Of a stretch of DNA of 32,000 nucleotides, positions 27,028 through 32,000 are shown piece after piece (positions within the stretch are counted from its first letter, which is position 1; each line of letters starts with the position of its first letter). The stretch is taken from assembly GCF_017876815.1 (NCBI RefSeq), contig NZ_JAGIOS010000001.1, forward strand, positions 3,330,001-3,362,000, written 5' to 3'. The stretch comes from Sinorhizobium meliloti (GTDB taxonomy: Bacteria > Pseudomonadota > Alphaproteobacteria > Rhizobiales > Rhizobiaceae). Below the pieces are notes generated by a model. The model was not told the origin of the DNA, did not search any database, and worked only from the letters and a program-made list of their open reading frames with translations. A program made the position numbers and the translations under genes.

Positions 27028-28002
27028 ATGTCACATTCTGCACCCTCCATCAGGGTTAGGGCCTTCCTGCCGATGGCGCCCTATCTCGCCAAGCACGATG
27101 TTTCGGCCATAGAGTTCTGTGCGCGCCTCGGCATCTCACCGAACGTGTTCCGGAACGCCGACGGCTGGCTTCCGCGCGCCCAATGCTTCCACATGGCCAA
27201 CGAAGTGGCTGCCCTCCTGGGAGATCCATTCGCGGGTGCGCATGTCGGGCGCTTGACCGAACTGCATGATCTCGGCCCATGGGGCCAGTCGCTTCTGGCA
27301 GCGGAGAGCGTGGCTGAAGCATGCGTGCTCGCGGTAGCGAACGTGTCGTCGATCCATCAGGGATCGGATATACGCTTCGTGGTGGAGGGCGGAACCGCTC
27401 GCATCATCTTCCGTTTCGTCGATCGTTTCGAGTTCGATCCCCGGCAATTCATCCTGGGCAGCCTCGCTGTCCTGCGGAAGGTGCCGCTTCTGGCGGGTGA
27501 ACCCGCTGCAATAAGGGTTCGGTTGACGGCTTCGAGGACGCATGGAAGCACGGCACTGGAGGAGTGTTTCGGTCCCAAGATAGAAACAGGGTGCGACTAC
27601 GATGCGATCGAGTTCGATCGAGATTTGCTCGATCTTTCTCTGAAAACCCCTGGAAATCGGCCATCGAACGTCACAGAGTCACTGGCCTCGACGATAGAGG
27701 CGGCAAAGATGCTCAGCGAAAGGCTGTCCGATGGTCATAAGCTTGGACTACAGACCGTAGCGAAAAGCCTCGGCATGTCGGTTCGCACACTGCAGCGGCG
27801 GCTGAAGTTTTGCGGCGTCGATTTTGAAGAGTTACTCGACGACACGCGCCGCAACGAGGCAATCCGGCTGATCTGTGAAGGTGTTCATAGCATGACCGAC
27901 ATTGCCTTAAGGCTGGGCTACAGTGATTCCGCGCATTTCACCCGCGCTTTCAAACGCTGGACGGGAGTAGCGCCATCCCGCTTCCGGACCGACCGGATAT
28001 GA
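27028..28002 (+). CDS. AraC-family transcriptional regulator (N-terminal AraC-type effector-binding-like domain, C-terminal HTH_18)
   Basis: C-terminal dual HTH: LQTVAKSLGMSVRTLQRRL...IALRLGYSDSAHFTRAFKRWTGVAPSRFR. Start uncertain (TTG 26998, ATG 27028 or ATG 27073). Divergent from the sulfatase. Confidence 0.88.
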   Translation: MSHSAPSIRVRAFLPMAPYLAKHDVSAIEFCARLGISPNVFRNADGWLPRAQCFHMANEVAALLGDPFAGAHVGRLTELHDLGPWGQSLLAAESVAEACVLAVANVSSIHQGSDIRFVVEGGTARIIFRFVDRFEFDPRQFILGSLAVLRKVPLLAGEPAAIRVRLTASRTHGSTALEECFGPKIETGCDYDAIEFDRDLLDLSLKTPGNRPSNVTESLASTIEAAKMLSERLSDGHKLGLQTVAKSLGMSVRTLQRRLKFCGVDFEELLDDTRRNEAIRLICEGVHSMTDIALRLGYSDSAHFTRAFKRWTGVAPSRFRTDRI

Positions 28003-28092
28003 CCGGCGGTGGTTATCCCCGCGGAAAGAAGCTTTTCACCCGATGCAGTGAAACGCCGTCGTTCCAGGCGGCATTTGCTCTGCTGTCGGGCG

Positions 28093-28758
28093 TCAGTGAG
28101 CCGGATGCTCGGCCTTCATCTGCGCGATCTCGCGCAAAGCGCTGGTCAGCACTTCGACCGATTGCGCCCCCATGACCGCATACTGCTGCTCGATGATGAA
28201 GCAGGGAACGCCGGTCACGCCGATTTCCCGGGCCATGTCGATTTCCTGCCTTACGGCGTCCCTGTCGGCGTCTGAAGCAAGGAGAGCCGCGATCACCGGC
28301 CTTTCGAGGCCGGCCTGTTCGGCGATGTCGAGGAGTACGGCTTGGTCGCCGAGGTTGCGACCCTCCTCGAAGTTCGCCTTGAACAGCAGGCTCACCACCG
28401 CGTCCTGCGCCGCTTCGCCGCCGGTCGCGGCCCAGCGGATCAGCCGGTGCGCATCGAGCGTATTCGGGCTGACCTTGACGGCATCGAAATCGAAGGCGAT
28501 GCCGTCTTCCACACCGAGGCCTTCGAGCGTCCGGTGCGCCTCGTCGACCGCGGCCTGTCCGCCGAGCTTGGCCGCCAGGTGCTCTTTATGGTCGATGCCT
28601 TCCGGCGGCAGATCGGGATTGAGCTGGTAGGGACGCCATTGGATAGCGACGTTGATCTCGCCGGCGACATTGGCGATCGCCTGGTCGAGGCGATTCTTGC
28701 CGAGATAGCACCAGGGGCATACGACGTCCGAGACGATATCGATATTGACGGTTTCCAT
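28093..28758 (-). CDS. DsbA-family oxidoreductase (FrnE / 2-hydroxychromene-2-carboxylate isomerase-like)
   Basis: 221 aa from ATG 28758. VSDVVCPWCYLG (CPWC thioredoxin-fold motif), central helical insertion, GVTGVPCFII. The ORF-track TTG at 28782 adds 8 residues. Confidence 0.88.
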   Translation of the reverse strand: METVNIDIVSDVVCPWCYLGKNRLDQAIANVAGEINVAIQWRPYQLNPDLPPEGIDHKEHLAAKLGGQAAVDEAHRTLEGLGVEDGIAFDFDAVKVSPNTLDAHRLIRWAATGGEAAQDAVVSLLFKANFEEGRNLGDQAVLLDIAEQAGLERPVIAALLASDADRDAVRQEIDMAREIGVTGVPCFIIEQQYAVMGAQSVEVLTSALREIAQMKAEHPAH

Positions 28759-28840
28759 GGTGCCGGCCTTTCGGTTTACCAAAACTGCGACATAGGCCGG
28801 CCGGAAACATCTTTCAATGCGTTAGCGAACGGATGCCAGC

Positions 28841-30661
28841 TTACTGAACGCGCTCGTCCCACCAACTCGGCAACTGATAACCGTAAAGCGGTACCGTCGT
28901 CGGCCGGCCGATATGCTTCCAGCGGGCAATCCATTGCGCGTCGAGATGGTAAAGCGGAACCAGATAGGAATTGTTGACGAGGAGCCGGTCGTGCGCGCGA
29001 ACGGCGGCGGTGAAGTCCTCGGGGTTGCGCGCCTGCAGGATGTTGTTGATCAGCTTGTCGACGTCCTTGTCGGCGACGCCTGCGAAGTTGTCGCTGCCTT
29101 GCCTGTCCCGAGTTTGCGAACTCCAGCGGTTGATCTGCTCGAGACCGGGAGAGAGCGACGAGGGGAAGGACTTGATGATGACGTCGTAATCGAAGGACTG
29201 GCTGCGCAACTGATATTGTGAATCGTCGACGGTCCGAACCCGCGCTGCGATGCCGAGCGGCGCGAGAAAGCGCTGATAGGCAAGCGCAACCTTCTCCTGG
29301 CCGGCATTCTGGCTCATGATCTCGAAGGCCAGCGGCGTCCCCTTGGCGTCGACCATCTTGCCGTCCTTGATGGAGTAGCCCGCTTCGCGAAGAAGGGTCA
29401 CCGCTTCCCGGAGCACATTGCGATCGCGGCCCGAGCCGTCCGTCACGGGGAGTCGATAGCTTCCGTCGAGGATCGCCGGATTGATGCGCTCCCTCACGTC
29501 GCCCATGAGGTCCAGTTCACGATTGTCGGCTGCCACGCCGAGGAAGGAAAGCGACGAATTCTGCCAATAACTCTGCGTACGCGTATAGGCGCCGTCGAAG
29601 AGATTCTTGTTGACCCATTCGAAGTCGAAAACGAGAGCGAGCCCCTGCCTGAGCTTGATGTTGTCGAACATCGGTCTGCGCGTATTGAAGACGAAGCCGA
29701 GCATGCCGGACGGTGTCTTCGGCTTGAACGTTTCCTTGATCACATTGCCGCTGCGAACGGCGGGAAAATCGTAGGCCCGGGCCCATTTCGTCGCGCTGCC
29801 TTCGGCGTAGATGTCCACCACACCCTTCTTGAAGGCTTCAAAAAGGGTGTTCTCCTGCAGGAAATATTCGACGGAGATCTCATCGTAATTGTCGAGGCCC
29901 ACCTTCGAGGGCAGATCCTTGGCCCAATAGTCGGGGTTTCGGCGATAGACGATCCGCTCGCCAGGCCTGACTTCCGCGACCCGGTAGGGGCCGGAGCCGA
30001 GCGGCGGCTCCAGACTCGTCCGATCGAACGTCTCGACGTTGATCGCATGCTTCGGCAGCACGGGCGAAAGCCCCAGCAGAAGCGGAATCTCGCGATCGGC
30101 CTCCTCGGTGAAGGTGAAGCGCACGCTACGTTCCCCGACCTTCTCCATCTTCGCAACCTTCGAGAGGCGGTTGCTGAAAGGCGCACGCCCTTTGTCGCGC
30201 AACAATTCGAAGGTGAAGATCACGTCTTCGGCGGTCACCGGCCGGCCATCGGCCCAGCGCGCCTTGGGATTGAGGTTGAACTGGATGAAGGTGCGGTCAT
30301 CGTCCCATTCGACGGTTTCGGCGAGCAGGCCGTACATCGTGAAGGGCTCGTCCTGTGAGCGCTGCATGAGGGATTCATAGACCAGGTTGCCAAAGCCAGG
30401 GTCCCACATGCCGCGCGCGGTCGTGCGCATGCTCTTCAAGATGAACGGATTGAGGCTGTCGAACGTACCGACGACCCCGTAGGCGATCTTCCCGCCCTTC
30501 TTCACCTGCGGATTGACGTAAGGGAAGTGCTTGAAATCGGCAGGCAAGGCGGGGTCGCCATGCATGGCGATCGCATGCACGGGCGCGGCCAGAGCACCAG
30601 TGGCAAAACTGCTGGCTGCCAGGAGCATCACCAGGCCGGAAACAACTGCGCGCAACTTCAC
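28841..30661 (-). CDS. ABC-transporter substrate-binding protein, family 5 (peptide/opine type, YejA-like); start GTG 30661 or TTG 30655
   Basis: 606 aa. Signal peptide (AVVSGLVMLLAASSFATGALA-AP) and SBP_bac_5 organisation (PFTMYGLLAE, W.DG.PVTAEDV.F, SGPY). No permease or ATPase genes adjacent. Confidence 0.85.
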   Translation of the reverse strand: MKLRAVVSGLVMLLAASSFATGALAAPVHAIAMHGDPALPADFKHFPYVNPQVKKGGKIAYGVVGTFDSLNPFILKSMRTTARGMWDPGFGNLVYESLMQRSQDEPFTMYGLLAETVEWDDDRTFIQFNLNPKARWADGRPVTAEDVIFTFELLRDKGRAPFSNRLSKVAKMEKVGERSVRFTFTEEADREIPLLLGLSPVLPKHAINVETFDRTSLEPPLGSGPYRVAEVRPGERIVYRRNPDYWAKDLPSKVGLDNYDEISVEYFLQENTLFEAFKKGVVDIYAEGSATKWARAYDFPAVRSGNVIKETFKPKTPSGMLGFVFNTRRPMFDNIKLRQGLALVFDFEWVNKNLFDGAYTRTQSYWQNSSLSFLGVAADNRELDLMGDVRERINPAILDGSYRLPVTDGSGRDRNVLREAVTLLREAGYSIKDGKMVDAKGTPLAFEIMSQNAGQEKVALAYQRFLAPLGIAARVRTVDDSQYQLRSQSFDYDVIIKSFPSSLSPGLEQINRWSSQTRDRQGSDNFAGVADKDVDKLINNILQARNPEDFTAAVRAHDRLLVNNSYLVPLYHLDAQWIARWKHIGRPTTVPLYGYQLPSWWDERVQ

Positions 30662-30974
30662 CTCCCGTGGGGATTCAACAGGCCGATTCCGCGCAAGGTA
30701 TCAATGCGGGAGCGCATTTCCAACCGGCGCCGGGTCGGGAAAAGAACAAAGCAGGCTCCTGCCACATCCCGCACCGGTTCGAAAGGGCCGCTCAAAGCAA
30801 ATGATTGCACAAAATCGCAACAAACACTGGATAAACCGCACAAGCCAATGTAACAGGTGTTTCCGGAATCGGGGCCATTCAAATGCCTCATTTGGCCAAC
30901 AGGACAACGGCGGCTGACGATACTCACTCTGCGGAACTCTGTTCCGTGACCGGATTTCAGGAGACGGAATCACA

Positions 30975-31604
30975 ATGATCTTCAAGTCGAACTTCACCAC
31001 ACGCGCGGGATTGGCAGCGCTGGCGCTTTCTTTCGCAGCAGCCGGTGCGCCGAGCGTCGCATCCGCGCAGCAGGCGGGAGGCAAGCCGCCGCAGGGTTGG
31101 TTCAAGGTCTGCACCAAGCAGGAAGACAACGATGTCTGCATCGTCCAGAACCTGCTCACCGCCAATAACGGCCAGCTTGTGACGGCCGTCGGCCTCATTA
31201 CCGTCTCCGGCAAGGTCAATCGCAAGGTCATGCAGGTTTCCGTACCGTCCGCGCGCATGATCCCGCCCGGCGTTCAAATGCAGATCGACGGTGGCAAGGG
31301 CGTCAAGCTCGATTACGCGATCTGCATGCCGGACAAGTGCGTTGCCGAAGCGCCGCTCTCCGACGCGCTTATTGCGCAGCTGAAGAAGGGCAACGAGGTC
31401 GTCTTCACCTCGGTCAATTTCCAGCGCGCTCCGAACCCAATCAAGATGTCGCTCGAAGGCTTCACCGGCGTATTCGACGGCGAACCGATCGAGCAGTCTC
31501 AGCTTGAAGAGCGTCAGCGCCTCCTGCAGGAAGAGATGCAGAAGAAGGCAGAAGATGCCCGCAAGAAGCTGGAAGAGGCGCAAAAGGCTGCCAAGCAGCA
31601 GTAA
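30975..31604 (+). CDS. ialB: Invasion-associated locus B (IalB) family periplasmic protein
   Basis: 209 aa. Signal peptide (AGLAALALSFAAAGAPSVASA). W.K.C......D.C, P.G..MQIDGG, C....C.AE IalB pattern. Lys/Glu-rich coiled C-terminal tail. AGGAGA SD present. Confidence 0.85.
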   Translation: MIFKSNFTTRAGLAALALSFAAAGAPSVASAQQAGGKPPQGWFKVCTKQEDNDVCIVQNLLTANNGQLVTAVGLITVSGKVNRKVMQVSVPSARMIPPGVQMQIDGGKGVKLDYAICMPDKCVAEAPLSDALIAQLKKGNEVVFTSVNFQRAPNPIKMSLEGFTGVFDGEPIEQSQLEERQRLLQEEMQKKAEDARKKLEEAQKAAKQQ

Positions 31605-31629
31605 TCATTAGCTTCTCTGAGTAAAGAAA

Positions 31630-31661
31630 GACGCCCGGGTCAACGATCCGGGCGTATTTTT
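31630..31661. terminator. Intrinsic terminator between convergent ialB and the hspQ-like gene (probably bidirectional)
   Basis: GACGCCCGG-gtcaacgat-CCGGGCGT followed by ATTTTT on the plus strand. It is preceded by AAAGAAAG, which gives a T-rich tract on the minus strand. Confidence 0.8.
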
Positions 31662-31760
31662 GTACCTGCATCCGCCGACAATTGCGGCGACTCCACGTTT
31701 TCAGCCCGGCGCCTGAGCGGACGCGGCAGCTATCCGCACGCACCCTTTCCTCATCCCGCT

Positions 31761-32000
31761 CTAATGCTGATAAGTGGCCTTGGGCTTGTAGTGTCCGGCG
31801 TCGGCCTTTTCGAACAGAGCGTCCACCTGGGGATGGCGGATCGGCCTGTCGCTGTCATCGGAAACGAGGTTCTGTTCCGAAACATAGGCGACGTATTCGC
31901 TTTCGTCGTTCTCCGCAAACAGGTGATAGAAGGGCTGGTCCTTTTCGGGCCGGATCTCCTGCGGAATCGCATTCCACCATTCCTCGGTGTTCGCATATTC
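31761..32000 (-). CDS. hspQ: HspQ / YccV-like hemimethylated-DNA-binding domain protein, C-terminal 79 codons (5' end outside the window)
   Basis: Hand translation of the minus strand in frame with the window edge: EYANTEEWWNAIPQEIRPEKDQPFYHLFAENDESEYVAYVSEQNLVSDDSDRPIRHPQVDALFEKADAGHYKPKATYQH, then TAG at 31761-31763. The PFYH...E......YV.E..L pattern matches the YccV-like domain. The ORF-track entry 31751..31996 is a different, Arg/Pro-rich frame. Confidence 0.65.
   Translation of the reverse strand, partial: EYANTEEWWNAIPQEIRPEKDQPFYHLFAENDESEYVAYVSEQNLVSDDSDRPIRHPQVDALFEKADAGHYKPKATYQH

Noticed and set aside
31751-31996. 81-aa minus-strand ORF from the track (MRTPRNGGMRFRRRSG...)
   Set aside because: Arg/Pro/Thr-rich, wrong frame. 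The adjacent frame, open to the window edge, gives a clean HspQ/YccV-like C-terminus with proper codon bias.
1-32000. Scan for CRISPR arrays, IS elements or transposases, integrases, prophage genes, toxin-antitoxin pairs and known defence-system signatures
   Set aside because: No spaced direct-repeat arrays, no terminal inverted repeats bounding an ORF, and no recombinase, nuclease-NTPase or reverse-transcriptase-like translations in any frame. Only the hairpin cluster at 21044-21158 looks repeat-like.

Overview
High-GC (about 60-62%) alphaproteobacterial chromosomal DNA. Gene content and order look like Rhizobiaceae (Sinorhizobium/Ensifer-like); that attribution comes from memory of gene order, not from a search. 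About 20 kb is tightly packed core housekeeping. Left to right: GntR-family regulator 3' end; HlyC/CorC (CNNM) transporter; a membrane protein; a minus-strand overlapping operon ppiD-trpD-trpC-moaC-moeA; Na/Pi cotransporter-PhoU fusion; glmU, glmS, a YhbS-like GNAT and a DUF502 protein; recG divergent from sdhE-mfd. From about 20.9 kb the content is more accessory-looking. It holds an unassigned 400-bp scar with four tandem hairpins, and an xthA operon flanked by two uncharacterised small proteins. It also holds a possible 54-codon membrane peptide, a DUF900 alpha/beta-hydrolase lipoprotein, and a large Cys-type arylsulfatase with an ATGA-coupled upstream ORF and a divergent AraC regulator. 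A DsbA/FrnE-like oxidoreductase, an orphan family-5 solute-binding protein, ialB and the 3' end of an hspQ/yccV-like gene complete the window. I found no rRNA, tRNA, CRISPR array, intact IS/transposase, integrase or recognisable defence, toxin-antitoxin or secretion cluster. I do not see a convincing large novel multi-gene system. The best candidates for undescribed biology are small-scale: the small-protein/xthA/acidic-protein operon with an EcfG-like promoter, the hairpin cluster plus gene remnants downstream of mfd, the uORF coupled to the sulfatase, and the structured glmU-glmS spacer. The many long ORFs antisense to real genes are high-GC shadow ORFs.
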